DNA of 64,000 nt. Source: a virus. The notes under the pieces are model-generated. The model had not been told where the DNA came from, ran no database searches, and worked only from the letters and a program-made list of their open reading frames with translations. Made by a program: the position numbers and the translations under genes. Location of the stretch: positions 1-64,000 of IMG/VR virus record IMGVR_UViG_3300022602_000036. One strand, 5' to 3'. Positions 54,559-64,000 of this stretch are shown here, one piece after another (the stretch's first letter is position 1; the number at the start of each line of letters is the position of its first letter).

Positions 54559-55833
54559 TTAATGGGTCAGCACATGATAGATATCATGGTAGTTAATGTG
54601 ACTGTCATCATAGCCTAGATCTTTAAACAAGGTCTTTGCATTAGTGATTAATTCTTGTGTGATTATGTGGCGGAATTCGCCATAAAAGTGATGGAAATTG
54701 TGCAAAACAATAGGTTCTATACGCTTTATGACATCTAATTTTTCATCTTCAGATAAACCGCAATACCATGCCAATTGATCAACTACTGCGGCAGTGCGCT
54801 GATCGTTGTCTTGAATAAGATCGTAGCTTTCATCAATGATTCCATCAAAGGTTTTAAATCCATAACTGCGTAAGTAGGCAAGATTACCTGGTGCAGCCAC
54901 GAGCATAAAAGGTTGCTTGCTGACGATAGGTTTGAATATCTTTTCAGTTAGATGTAGCTTATTGTAGTAAAACACTGTTTCAGTTACAATGTTCCACAGT
55001 GCATCATTTCCTCTAGGAATGTCAGCACTGGCACTACCTGGCAATTCTGCATGGTCTATGACTAATTTATCAACATTAACCAAATGAGTTTCTGCGTGCT
55101 GTTTTGCAAACTCGCTTAGTTTACTATTTGGATCAGCAACTTCATCACGCCAATCATCAAATGCGTTGTCAGTAACATTAAAACTGACTAGCCCTTTGTT
55201 TAATAGACCTTGAGCTTTTAGCAAACTAATCAAGTAAATCCTATAGCTACGATCATAGTTGATAATTCTATTAAACGAGGTAAAATCATAGTCATATGAT
55301 CTGACTATTGATTTATTAAAGTTCAAAGCATAGAATCCACGATACCAATCTAAGGCCGCAAAGCCATGGAAAAAGTAGTAAAGCGGATTCAATTCATAAT
55401 TTTTTAATAGAGTCTGCAGATATTCTGATATTTCAGAAACTACTATTATATGTGGTTCTTTAAAAAAGGTATTAGGATAAGCCAACGTAGTAGCATGAAC
55501 ATCTGGATGATTGGCTGTTTTATCAGTATTAGGATCATTGAAATACAGATTATACAATTCATCTAATGAATATTCTTTAAATTTAGGGTATCTAAGATCT
55601 TCAAAGATTGTAATTCTAGTCAAGGGTTCTGGAGTTTTAAACCAACCAAGTAAATCCTCAACTTCATTTAGGAATGGCTCTTGATCATAGAATAATATTT
55701 TAGAATTGGAACTATTTCTATTAAATACATTTACATTATCTTTAGTCACAACCCCATTGGGACGAAAATATCCCTCTGATTTTGGGAAGACATTTTTTAA
55801 AAAAAATTCGTAGATATGATCAATTTGGAGCAT
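54559..55833 (-). CDS. Putative glycosyltransferase-like protein (TEK motif; paralog of 63074)
   Basis: IVTET..LTEKIFKPI..PF...YLRSYGFKTF..IDESYD. Confidence 0.6.
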   Translation of the reverse strand: MLQIDHIYEFFLKNVFPKSEGYFRPNGVVTKDNVNVFNRNSSNSKILFYDQEPFLNEVEDLLGWFKTPEPLTRITIFEDLRYPKFKEYSLDELYNLYFNDPNTDKTANHPDVHATTLAYPNTFFKEPHIIVVSEISEYLQTLLKNYELNPLYYFFHGFAALDWYRGFYALNFNKSIVRSYDYDFTSFNRIINYDRSYRIYLISLLKAQGLLNKGLVSFNVTDNAFDDWRDEVADPNSKLSEFAKQHAETHLVNVDKLVIDHAELPGSASADIPRGNDALWNIVTETVFYYNKLHLTEKIFKPIVSKQPFMLVAAPGNLAYLRSYGFKTFDGIIDESYDLIQDNDQRTAAVVDQLAWYCGLSEDEKLDVIKRIEPIVLHNFHHFYGEFRHIITQELITNAKTLFKDLGYDDSHINYHDIYHVLTH

Positions 55834-55834
55834 T

Positions 55835-57079
55835 ATGTCAATTCAATTAAAAACAGTAGGATTCATTGGAATCGGTAAATTAGGCCTAGCCTGTGCAGAA
55901 GTAATGGCACAAGAATATGATGTAACTGGCTATGATATTTACCCTAAACACAGTAAGAAGATTAAGATTTCTGATACACTAGAAGGTGCAGTACGAGGCA
56001 AAGACGTAATCTTTGTAGCAGTACAAACACCACATGATCCTGTATATGATGGATCTATTCCTAGTACACATTTGGCTAATAAAGATTTTGATTACACCAT
56101 TGCTAATCAAGTCTTAGCTGACATCAATCAATACGTGACCAAAGATCAACTAGTGGTATTAATCTCAACGGTACTACCTGGCACAACAAGACGTGAATTA
56201 CGTCGTCATATTACCAACGCACGTTTTATCTATAATCCTTACCTAATAGCCATGGGCAGTGTTGCCTGGGATATGGTTAATCCAGAAATGGTTATCATTG
56301 GCACAGAAGATGGTAGCCTAACAGGTGATGCACAATTACTCAAAGACTTCTACCAACCCCTCATGGCTAACAATCCACGCTACGCTATCGGCACATGGGA
56401 CGAAGCAGAAGCTATCAAAGTCTTTTACAATACATTTATATCAACCAAGATTGGCCTAGTTAATATGATACAAGATGTGGCCATGAAGAATGGCAACATG
56501 AATGTAGATGTAGTAACATCTGCCCTAGCAGAATCAACTATACGTATTATGAGTCCTAAGTACATGACCGCAGGCATGGGCGATGCTGGCCCTTGTCATC
56601 CTCGCGATAATATTGCTCTACGATATCTAGCAGAAAGACTAGATCTAGGCTATGATATATTTGACACAGTCATGCACGCTCGTGAAAAGCAAGCAGAGAA
56701 CCTAGCATTATACCTAATAGATTTACAAAACACACACGATATGCCAATTATTATTCATGGCAAGGCCTACAAGCCAGATGTAGATATGTTAGAAGGCAGT
56801 TACAGCTTATTAATTGGTAGTTATCTAGAGGAACATGGCGCACAATACTTGTACAGTGATCCTCTAACAGGCGATACGGTGTATGACGACACCGAAGGTA
56901 TTGTTCTACTAGCACACAATCGTCAGATTACCTACGGCTATACAGGTAACTTGCCAGAACAACAACTATATTTTACACCAGGCCACGGTAGCATTATTGT
57001 AGATCCATGGCGTAGGTACTCTACACGTAACCCATCGTATACTGTTATTCACTACGGAAACACACGTGGACAGATTTAA
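55835..57079 (+). CDS. ugd: UDP-glucose/GDP-mannose 6-dehydrogenase family
   Basis: GIGKLG, AVQTP, STVLPGT, K.F.N, GPCHPRD, AYKP. Confidence 0.88.
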   Translation: MSIQLKTVGFIGIGKLGLACAEVMAQEYDVTGYDIYPKHSKKIKISDTLEGAVRGKDVIFVAVQTPHDPVYDGSIPSTHLANKDFDYTIANQVLADINQYVTKDQLVVLISTVLPGTTRRELRRHITNARFIYNPYLIAMGSVAWDMVNPEMVIIGTEDGSLTGDAQLLKDFYQPLMANNPRYAIGTWDEAEAIKVFYNTFISTKIGLVNMIQDVAMKNGNMNVDVVTSALAESTIRIMSPKYMTAGMGDAGPCHPRDNIALRYLAERLDLGYDIFDTVMHAREKQAENLALYLIDLQNTHDMPIIIHGKAYKPDVDMLEGSYSLLIGSYLEEHGAQYLYSDPLTGDTVYDDTEGIVLLAHNRQITYGYTGNLPEQQLYFTPGHGSIIVDPWRRYSTRNPSYTVIHYGNTRGQI

Positions 57080-57572
57080 CATAGAGCCGTTTTGGGGCGA
57101 TGCATATCTGCATTTAGATTATAGCAAAGAACCATTTAACAATCCCAGCGACACTGCACGTTGGACAGACATGGGCTTTGCTGATAACTTTGTGGGCAGC
57201 ATGTGTGATATGCGCAAGACACAGCCTGTATGGAATAATCGTATTATTGCTTACTTTGAAGAACAGCTAAAGTGGAAAGATGTCTGTACTAGTTATTATC
57301 GCATGGATTCGGGTACAATCTTACCTAATCATATAGACACTTATAAACGCTATATTGACGTATTTGAATTAGAAACTACACATCAAAGCATTTATCGTGC
57401 TATTGTGTTTTTAGAAGACTGGGCCAGTGGCCACTATTTAGAAGTAGCAGGTGAACCTGTGGTTAAATGGTCAGCGGGTGATGTGGTAGTATGGTGGTAC
57501 GATACTCCGCACCTAGCGGCTAACATGGGCTACACACCAAGATACACACTACAAGTTACAGGACACGTATGA
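57066..57572 (+). CDS. 2OG-Fe(II)/cupin oxygenase
   Basis: LPNHID...PHLAAN...R.TLQVTG (HxD...H). Confidence 0.78.
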   Translation: MDRFNIEPFWGDAYLHLDYSKEPFNNPSDTARWTDMGFADNFVGSMCDMRKTQPVWNNRIIAYFEEQLKWKDVCTSYYRMDSGTILPNHIDTYKRYIDVFELETTHQSIYRAIVFLEDWASGHYLEVAGEPVVKWSAGDVVVWWYDTPHLAANMGYTPRYTLQVTGHV

Positions 57573-58483
57573 AGATCAGCACAAGTAATGAATGGGGAAA
57601 ACTAAAATCAGTGGTCGTAGGATCAGCAACACATGCCAATTGGCCTAGTACAGATCCTGTGTTTGCTCAGGAAAGTTCTAAGACCACTTGGAAAGAAACA
57701 CCAGTGCCTAGTGGCCCAGTGCCGCAGTGGATCATTGACGAAGCCAATGAGGATCTAGATGACCTAGCCAATGTCTTGACACAAATAGGCGTTGAAGTCC
57801 ATCGTCCCGCAGATATGAACTTTCAAGAGCTAGGTGGCATGTACAATTATTGTCCTAGAGATAGATTGATAATATGGGGTAGCTGTGTAGTTGATCCTGC
57901 TATGATGTATCCTTGCCGTGATCAAGAAATTCAAGCACTACAAGCGGTGACTAATTCAGCACGCATGGTGTTTAATATGCCGCGTGGTCAAGGTATGACC
58001 TTAGATGCCGCTAACATTTGCCGTTTAGGTAACACTTGGTTATACTTAGAAAGCCCCAGCGGCAATCGTAAGGCCTACGAATGGTTATGTCAACAGTTCC
58101 CACAAATCAAAATAGAACTATGTAACTTCTACAGCGGTGTGCATATTGATTCAACCATAGCACCACTGCGTGAAGGGTTAGTTGTATTAAATGCTAGTCG
58201 TGTTAATCAAGTAAACTGCCCAAAAGCCTTTGATGGATGGGAGAAGATTTGGGTACAGGATGTAGTAGCACAGGACTTTTATCAATATCCCTATGCCAGC
58301 AAGTGGGTTGGTATGAATATGCTGAGTGTTGATCCAAACACTGTGATCATTGATGCGGCGCAGACCCAGCTTATTAAAGACCTAGAGCGAGTAGGTATTA
58401 CCAGTATTCCATTAAAATTGCGCCATAGCCGCACACTAGGAGGCAGCTTCCATTGTGTAACGCTTGATTTAGTTAGAGAATAA
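57569..58483 (+). CDS. Amidinotransferase (glycine/inosamine-phosphate amidinotransferase family)
   Basis: NEWGKL..VVVG, CPRD, DAA, HIDST, GGSFHCVTLD. Confidence 0.9.
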   Translation: MKISTSNEWGKLKSVVVGSATHANWPSTDPVFAQESSKTTWKETPVPSGPVPQWIIDEANEDLDDLANVLTQIGVEVHRPADMNFQELGGMYNYCPRDRLIIWGSCVVDPAMMYPCRDQEIQALQAVTNSARMVFNMPRGQGMTLDAANICRLGNTWLYLESPSGNRKAYEWLCQQFPQIKIELCNFYSGVHIDSTIAPLREGLVVLNASRVNQVNCPKAFDGWEKIWVQDVVAQDFYQYPYASKWVGMNMLSVDPNTVIIDAAQTQLIKDLERVGITSIPLKLRHSRTLGGSFHCVTLDLVRE

Positions 58484-58498
58484 ACTAAATAGTTACAA

Positions 58499-59242
58499 AT
58501 GGAAACAATTATGCCGCAAGGTTTTGCCACGTATTCTGAAGCCAGTTTAAGTGCTTTCAAATTTAATCCTAAAAGCCAAGAAGTTATTGACAAGAAGCAA
58601 GAAATTCTTCGTTCAATCTCAGAGCATCATGGAGCAGTTCCCACCAGTGTACTGTTCTACGGATTCAGTCCTATGATGTTGGGTGCCAAATATAAACAGA
58701 TAGCTGTTACAGGTATCACAGCAGATACAAAAAAATTCCTAGACACTACAGGAGTTAAATACGTATATATTGCTGATGCAGAATTAAAAGAATATAAAAA
58801 GCAGTTTAATTGGGTAGTGGCCAGCGATGAGTATTTTACCTTTGCCAACTCAGAACAAGAGCAGTTAGATAAAATAAAGTCAGCTAGTGATCTAGCCAAA
58901 GATGTTATTATAACCACCTTACGTGACTATAAGAACCAAGATTTCCGTGATCGTGAATTTAGTCAACCATTGGCAGTTCACGCACACAACGATACAAAAC
59001 TATTTTTAGAGTATCATCATTATGATTTCAATGATAGAAATAGTTGGAGCACCACAGTATATGAGATGCATGGTGCTAATGCAGTGACCACCGGCCCATT
59101 TGCTCGTCGCAGTATGTTTTTCAAGCAGATGGCTAAATTCAGCATTGATGCTGGAGCAAAGAGTTTTTATGTACATAAGAACTTGATGTATAAAAGTTTA
59201 ATCAAGAAAAACTACGAACACGTTATTTCAATTAGTTTCTAA
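58499..59242 (+). CDS. Hypothetical protein, possible degenerate methyltransferase fold
   Basis: SVLFYGF and F.WVVA.DEYFTF pattern; no intact GxG. Confidence 0.55.
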   Translation: METIMPQGFATYSEASLSAFKFNPKSQEVIDKKQEILRSISEHHGAVPTSVLFYGFSPMMLGAKYKQIAVTGITADTKKFLDTTGVKYVYIADAELKEYKKQFNWVVASDEYFTFANSEQEQLDKIKSASDLAKDVIITTLRDYKNQDFRDREFSQPLAVHAHNDTKLFLEYHHYDFNDRNSWSTTVYEMHGANAVTTGPFARRSMFFKQMAKFSIDAGAKSFYVHKNLMYKSLIKKNYEHVISISF

Positions 59243-59260
59243 GTTTTTCAAAGAGGTGTT

Positions 59261-60529
59261 ATGGATATCAATGAACAGTTACAACCTATTGTCGCCAGCA
59301 TCATAGACAGCCTTAAAGGCACTATCGAAGCTGAACTACGCGATCAAATTTCCAATGAAATCGTTGCTAAAATTGCCAATACTGAATTTGACAGCGTTGT
59401 ACAACGCCTTGTTGAACAACAAATCCGTACACGCCTGGACAATTTTAACTTTGTTAGCACCAGCGATGAACAACTGCAAAAGATTGTAGCACAATTAACT
59501 GACCAGATTAATAAAAACCTAACTGCAACTGCTAACCAACAGATCAGCAGCTACATCAATCAAAAACTAGCCGCAGTAAACGTCACAGAAGTTATTGGAG
59601 CATTGGTGCAGAACAAAGTAGGCAGTATGCTACAGACTACCAGCTTCCCAGAAAAAAGTATCAGTCACAACAGCATAGATTTTTCAGGACTAAAGTTAAC
59701 AGGTGACCAGGTCAGCGGCGGTATTATCACAAACTTTGGCAGTACAGGCATAGAAGATCTAAGTACTCGTGTACAGATGACCTTGATGGATCGTGGTACT
59801 GCATTTGAAGGGCCATTGTTTGCTCCACAACTCACAGTCAAAGGTGACATCAGTCTCAATGGCCGTTTGGTGATTAATGGTGAAGTAGCGGCTGATGCCA
59901 AGGGCTTTTTAAAGCTGGTAGAACAAACCAGTCAAGCAGTCAAAGAATTACTAACAGATGATTTATTTTCAGGATTCAGCGACATTATCTTTAAAAAGAT
60001 GCAGGCTGATGGTATTGATCTAGACAAGATCACACAAGGTGGGAAAGAAATTGTCAGTGGTAATAGGCTAGGATACCATATCATTGATACCAACATCAGA
60101 CGTTTGGGTGTGGTTAACGACCTACAGACATCAGGTGAAAATCTATTAGTTGATACCTTGTATGTTACACAGGGACGAGTAGGAGTAAACACCATTGATC
60201 CTACTGCGGTGTTAAGTGTTTGGGACCAAGAAGTTGAAGTGGTAGTGAACAAACGCAGTCAAGACACAGGTTATATTGGCACACCACGTAGTCAACAGTT
60301 GGTCATTGGTGCTAATAACAAACAAAATATTCTATTAGATCCTGATGGTAGTGTAGAAATAGAAAACCTACGCATAGGTAATACTCCTATGAGCTCAGCT
60401 TCGACAATACCAAACTATCCTGCTATCACAGGTACTATAGTTTGGAATGAAAGTCCTATGCCTGGTTCAGCAATTGGCTGGGTTTGTTTGGGCGCAACAC
60501 AGTGGGCAAGTTTTGGTAAAGTAGGTTGA
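59261..60529 (+). CDS. Probable virion fibre-like protein
   Basis: Helical N-terminus, GRVGVNT.DP, G.IVWN..P...IGWVC....W..FG C-terminus. Confidence 0.65.
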   Translation: MDINEQLQPIVASIIDSLKGTIEAELRDQISNEIVAKIANTEFDSVVQRLVEQQIRTRLDNFNFVSTSDEQLQKIVAQLTDQINKNLTATANQQISSYINQKLAAVNVTEVIGALVQNKVGSMLQTTSFPEKSISHNSIDFSGLKLTGDQVSGGIITNFGSTGIEDLSTRVQMTLMDRGTAFEGPLFAPQLTVKGDISLNGRLVINGEVAADAKGFLKLVEQTSQAVKELLTDDLFSGFSDIIFKKMQADGIDLDKITQGGKEIVSGNRLGYHIIDTNIRRLGVVNDLQTSGENLLVDTLYVTQGRVGVNTIDPTAVLSVWDQEVEVVVNKRSQDTGYIGTPRSQQLVIGANNKQNILLDPDGSVEIENLRIGNTPMSSASTIPNYPAITGTIVWNESPMPGSAIGWVCLGATQWASFGKVG

Positions 60530-60554
60530 CATAAAGACATTTTGGTGTTATAAT
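60526..60554 (+). promoter_or_regulatory. Consensus sigma70 promoter giving a leaderless uvsE mRNA
   Basis: TTGACA-17-TATAAT-6nt-ATG 60561. Confidence 0.8.
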
Positions 60555-60560
60555 AGTTTT

Positions 60561-61604
60561 ATGACATCACAAATCAAACGCATCGGTTTTGCCTGCAAGT
60601 GGATTGATCGCCCTGATCAAGTTGAGGGTATCAAATCCACAGACGCTGCAAAAGAATTCAATACAGGTACTACTACAGTGGCTTGGCTTAATCGTCAATC
60701 CCGCGAAGTAGCTGAACAGCGGCTATGGGACCTAATGGAACAAAACATTATGTCCACTCGCAAACTAATTGAGAGGGTAGGTAACTTAGATGAATCACTT
60801 CGCATGGTACGTATTAGCAGTGACATCTTGCCTGTATATACTGAGTCTAGCTGGTCTTATTATTGGCAGCAAGCTGATGTTAAAAGGCGTTGTGAACAGC
60901 TTTTTGCAGAAGTTGGATTGGTTGCTAAGGATCGTGGTGTACGTTTATCCTTTCATCCTGGTCAGTTTACTGTTTTGGCTAGCGATAATGACGATATTGT
61001 CGCCAGGAGTATAGCAGAGTTTGAGTATCATGCGGACATGATTCGCATGATGGGCTATGGCCAAAAGTTCCAAGACTTTAAATGCAACGTGCATATTGCA
61101 GGTCGTAGAGGCTATCAAGGTATCCTTGATGTCTACCCTAAACTCAGTGTTGAAGCACGCAACACTATTACCATTGAAAACGAGGAAATGAAACATGGTC
61201 TTGATGATTGCCTCAATCTTGTCGATACTGTACCTATTGTTCTTGATATCCACCACCATTGGATCCGCGAAGGGCATTACATTGATCTTAAGGATGCCAG
61301 AATTGCACGCATTCTTGACAGTTGGCGCGGCCTGCGTCCTACGCTACACTATAGTGTATCCAGAGAAGACGTTCTCCCCGCTCATTCATCTAGTACAGCT
61401 CCTAACCACAGCCTACTACTAGAGCAAGGCTACAAGAAAAGTAAGATGCGTGCGCACAGTGACTTCTACTGGAACACTGCTTGTAACGATTGGGCATTGT
61501 CATTCTTAGACAAGTTTGACATCATGTGCGAAAGCAAGGGTAAGAATTTGGCTAGTTTTGCACTATACGAACGTGCTCGGCAACTATCTATAATTGATCT
61601 TTGA
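60561..61604 (+). CDS. uvsE: UV damage endonuclease UvsE/UVDE
   Basis: RIGFAC, RISSD, RLSFHPGQF, IENEE, LDIHHH, RAHSD, DIMCESK.K. Confidence 0.93.
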   Translation: MTSQIKRIGFACKWIDRPDQVEGIKSTDAAKEFNTGTTTVAWLNRQSREVAEQRLWDLMEQNIMSTRKLIERVGNLDESLRMVRISSDILPVYTESSWSYYWQQADVKRRCEQLFAEVGLVAKDRGVRLSFHPGQFTVLASDNDDIVARSIAEFEYHADMIRMMGYGQKFQDFKCNVHIAGRRGYQGILDVYPKLSVEARNTITIENEEMKHGLDDCLNLVDTVPIVLDIHHHWIREGHYIDLKDARIARILDSWRGLRPTLHYSVSREDVLPAHSSSTAPNHSLLLEQGYKKSKMRAHSDFYWNTACNDWALSFLDKFDIMCESKGKNLASFALYERARQLSIIDL

Positions 61605-63065
61605 GTTAATATATTCTTTAATTAATTTTTTAGTCTGATGTTGGACTATAAAATGATTTATTTTTTCTGCAGGTGTATTAACAAATTGTTCAATTGATAA
61701 ATTGGTATAGGGCAGGACCTGACCAAACGCCCACCCTGATACAGAATGCTTTATCTGTTTAGTTGCATTCCAATCATTGATAGTTGCAATGGCCCATTTT
61801 AAATCCATGTGATCATTGGCCCAGTGTAATCCTAAAATTTCATCATGCCATGGCAGATTGTTTGTGCGTGCCAGACTTTCTTCAGGCATGCTTATATTTT
61901 CAAGAGGTTTAATTCTGTAGCCTCTTGAAGCCCAATCTTCCCCAATGGTAGATTTGTGACGATCCTCAACAACAATGTTTAATGGATAAAAAGTTGCATG
62001 CTGATCTTGCCAATTGGCATCAACCCAATCAAATGTAGTTTGAATAGTCTCTTTTGTTTCGTGCGGTAATCCAACAATAAAACTCATTACCCCATGATAT
62101 GGAACATATTGTTTGAACCACTGCTTGGCTTCTAACAATCCCTGAGTTAACTTTTCAGTAGGCATGCCTTTGCCTATGCTTTTAGCTGACTGCCAGTTAA
62201 GACTTTCTACACCATAGTGATGCATAAAAAATCTCATTCTCAGTAGATGTTCCCAATCTTCACGACGCGACACTAGCAAATCAGGGCGTATGAATCCCAT
62301 AAAGGTAGGATTAAAGTTTAAATTTTCAACAGCATCTGCAAATTTAATAATTTTTTCTGTGCGATCATTGAATGTTTCATCAGCGGCATAATAATGGCTG
62401 ACTCCCCATTGATCATAATTGTCCTGAAGTTCTTGTTGAAAATCATCTGCGGCTCTAGAATAATCACCTTTGACTCCCAGTATAGGATAAGCGCAGAAGT
62501 CACACTTAAATTTACAACCTCGCCCAATCTCAATACCTAGCCATTCAAATTCACGTATAAAATCTCTAGCTTCGTACTGCACACGCAGACTAGACATTGG
62601 ATAAGCTGGATAGCTGTGTATGGCATTGATAAATTTCTTGCCGTTGTTCCATAGAGAGTATTTGACTTTGTTATTATTACCCAACAGATGAGCTATTACT
62701 TCTAAGATAGCATGTTCGCCATATCCTTCAATGTACCAATCAGCAGGTATAATAATACGTCCTAGGCTTTGCCCGCCCACAACCAGTTTAATTTTAGGAT
62801 ATGTTGCCTTAATCCATATAAACAATTTTTGTATTAATGGACTAGAATAAGAAAATGTTGTGCTACACCCAACAAATACTGTGCGATCATTAAGACGTTC
62901 GCGACAAAGTTCTTGTAATTCTTCTAAAGTCCAAAATTCAATAAAGTCAATTACTTCGGCATCCCATCCTTGTTCACGTAGCCAAGAGGCTATACGATGA
63001 CCGCCTAGACTTCTGCGATATTCTGGTTGATAAGAGCTTAAATTGAAAATTAACGTATGGTGCAC
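61584..63065 (-). CDS. Cobalamin-binding (class B-like) radical SAM protein
   Basis: N-terminal VVGG/GYGE domain, RGCKFKCDFC, DETF, GVES, FIVGLPHET; GTG 63065 follows TAAATA. Confidence 0.85.
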   Translation of the reverse strand: MHHTLIFNLSSYQPEYRRSLGGHRIASWLREQGWDAEVIDFIEFWTLEELQELCRERLNDRTVFVGCSTTFSYSSPLIQKLFIWIKATYPKIKLVVGGQSLGRIIIPADWYIEGYGEHAILEVIAHLLGNNNKVKYSLWNNGKKFINAIHSYPAYPMSSLRVQYEARDFIREFEWLGIEIGRGCKFKCDFCAYPILGVKGDYSRAADDFQQELQDNYDQWGVSHYYAADETFNDRTEKIIKFADAVENLNFNPTFMGFIRPDLLVSRREDWEHLLRMRFFMHHYGVESLNWQSAKSIGKGMPTEKLTQGLLEAKQWFKQYVPYHGVMSFIVGLPHETKETIQTTFDWVDANWQDQHATFYPLNIVVEDRHKSTIGEDWASRGYRIKPLENISMPEESLARTNNLPWHDEILGLHWANDHMDLKWAIATINDWNATKQIKHSVSGWAFGQVLPYTNLSIEQFVNTPAEKINHFIVQHQTKKLIKEYINSKINYR

Positions 63066-63073
63066 ACTAGTAT

Positions 63074-64000
63074 TTAAACTATAATTGCGCCAAGAGAATT
63101 TAAAAATTCTCCATACCAATCAGTACCTAACATCAAACTTTGGTTATGCTTTGTTATTGGACTAATTTTAGCTAAAAGTTCTTTCTGAGGTTGACCAGCT
63201 AAGAATTTTATCTGTTCACCAATCATTTGGCATCTGATTTTATAATCAGGTTCTAGATCATAACTTTCATCTATGACCGTGTCAAATGTACGAAATCCCA
63301 ATGCACGTAAGTTACGTAGATAGTATTGATTGCTGGCCACTAAAAATAACCTTTCAGCTAGAATAGGTTTGACGATTTTTTCAGTGTTAAAGGTAAAGCG
63401 ATTATCAATCCCCCATGTTTCTGCTACTACTGTGTAGGCTGTTTGGTTATAAATGCTCAATGGAATGATCTGGCTTAATGAAATTATTTGATTGTAGTAT
63501 TTTACTGGGCGTATAGTATGCCTAATAGGCCAATCAGGAATTTCTAATCCTTCACTTTCCCATTGCCACTCAGTGGCGGATTTTTCTTGAAAACTTTCTG
63601 TTATACTAGATATATAGGTTAGAATAACTTTGTCATCTAGGTTATTGTGTTTGATATAAGAAAATATTTCATCACGATGTTTTCTTTCTTGTCCTAATAA
63701 TATGTCAAAATATTTAGGTTTAGCAGTATAAGGAGTTAACTTGTCTAGTAGAAACTGATTATTTTTATAAAACAACGTAGTAGACTCAAACCAATGATGG
63801 TAGTGATAGTAGGTAGCATGATCTAGTTTGAAATTTAAATCACCATTTAAGAACAGGACTATTTTAGGGCGATCAAACTTTTCAATGAAATCTACAGTGA
63901 CATCGTGTAGTTCTGTGACCAGTAGTATTATCTGCTCACTAGAATCATATATTTGGTTGAAAGTTTCTTCTAAATGATCAAAATCTGAATACCTAGGAAA
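63074..64000 (-). CDS. Putative glycosyltransferase-like protein (TEK motif), 5'-truncated by the window edge
   Basis: Frame open to 64000; VVAET..NTEKIVKPI..LRALGFRTF..IDESYD. Confidence 0.6.
   Translation of the reverse strand, partial: FPRYSDFDHLEETFNQIYDSSEQIILLVTELHDVTVDFIEKFDRPKIVLFLNGDLNFKLDHATYYHYHHWFESTTLFYKNNQFLLDKLTPYTAKPKYFDILLGQERKHRDEIFSYIKHNNLDDKVILTYISSITESFQEKSATEWQWESEGLEIPDWPIRHTIRPVKYYNQIISLSQIIPLSIYNQTAYTVVAETWGIDNRFTFNTEKIVKPILAERLFLVASNQYYLRNLRALGFRTFDTVIDESYDLEPDYKIRCQMIGEQIKFLAGQPQKELLAKISPITKHNQSLMLGTDWYGEFLNSLGAIIV

Noticed and set aside
535-62533. Numerous short antisense or overlapping ORFs in the track (for example 535, 4577, 10170, 14236, 27876, 49237, 59932)
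   Set aside because: They lie within well-supported genes on another frame or strand, lack RBS and motifs, and look like codon-bias shadows

Overview
A 64-kb, AT-rich segment of a large T4-like (jumbo-type) phage genome. It uses the standard genetic code. The host is probably a betaproteobacterium, inferred from the DnaK and IscU sequences. In order, the window holds: putative head/internal protein genes, a radical SAM gene, an HNH endonuclease next to an interrupted iscU plus iscA, an exonuclease, nrdA/nrdB/glutaredoxin, an array of small paralogous genes ending in an FxLRW motif, a DNA methyltransferase, fibre genes, rpsU-dnaK-hsp20-clpS, a curli-like operon (csgF, csgG, curlin-repeat proteins, FecR protein), rpoZ and feoA. 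These are followed by an array of 28 CCA-ending tRNAs covering all 20 amino acids, interleaved with homing endonucleases and unassigned structured RNAs. The window ends with a CHASE2 class III cyclase, an S11 peptidase and a sugar/amidino modification cluster with uvsE. The top candidate is iscU: it is broken by GGA-TGA-C-GGA at the end of a 14-bp hairpin, directly behind an HNH gene. This looks like a miniature version of the T4 gene 60/mobA ribosomal-bypass cassette. The next candidates are a leader-peptide attenuator in front of the tRNA array and the FxLRW gene cassette family. All family assignments come from motif recognition by eye; no searches or folding programs were run.
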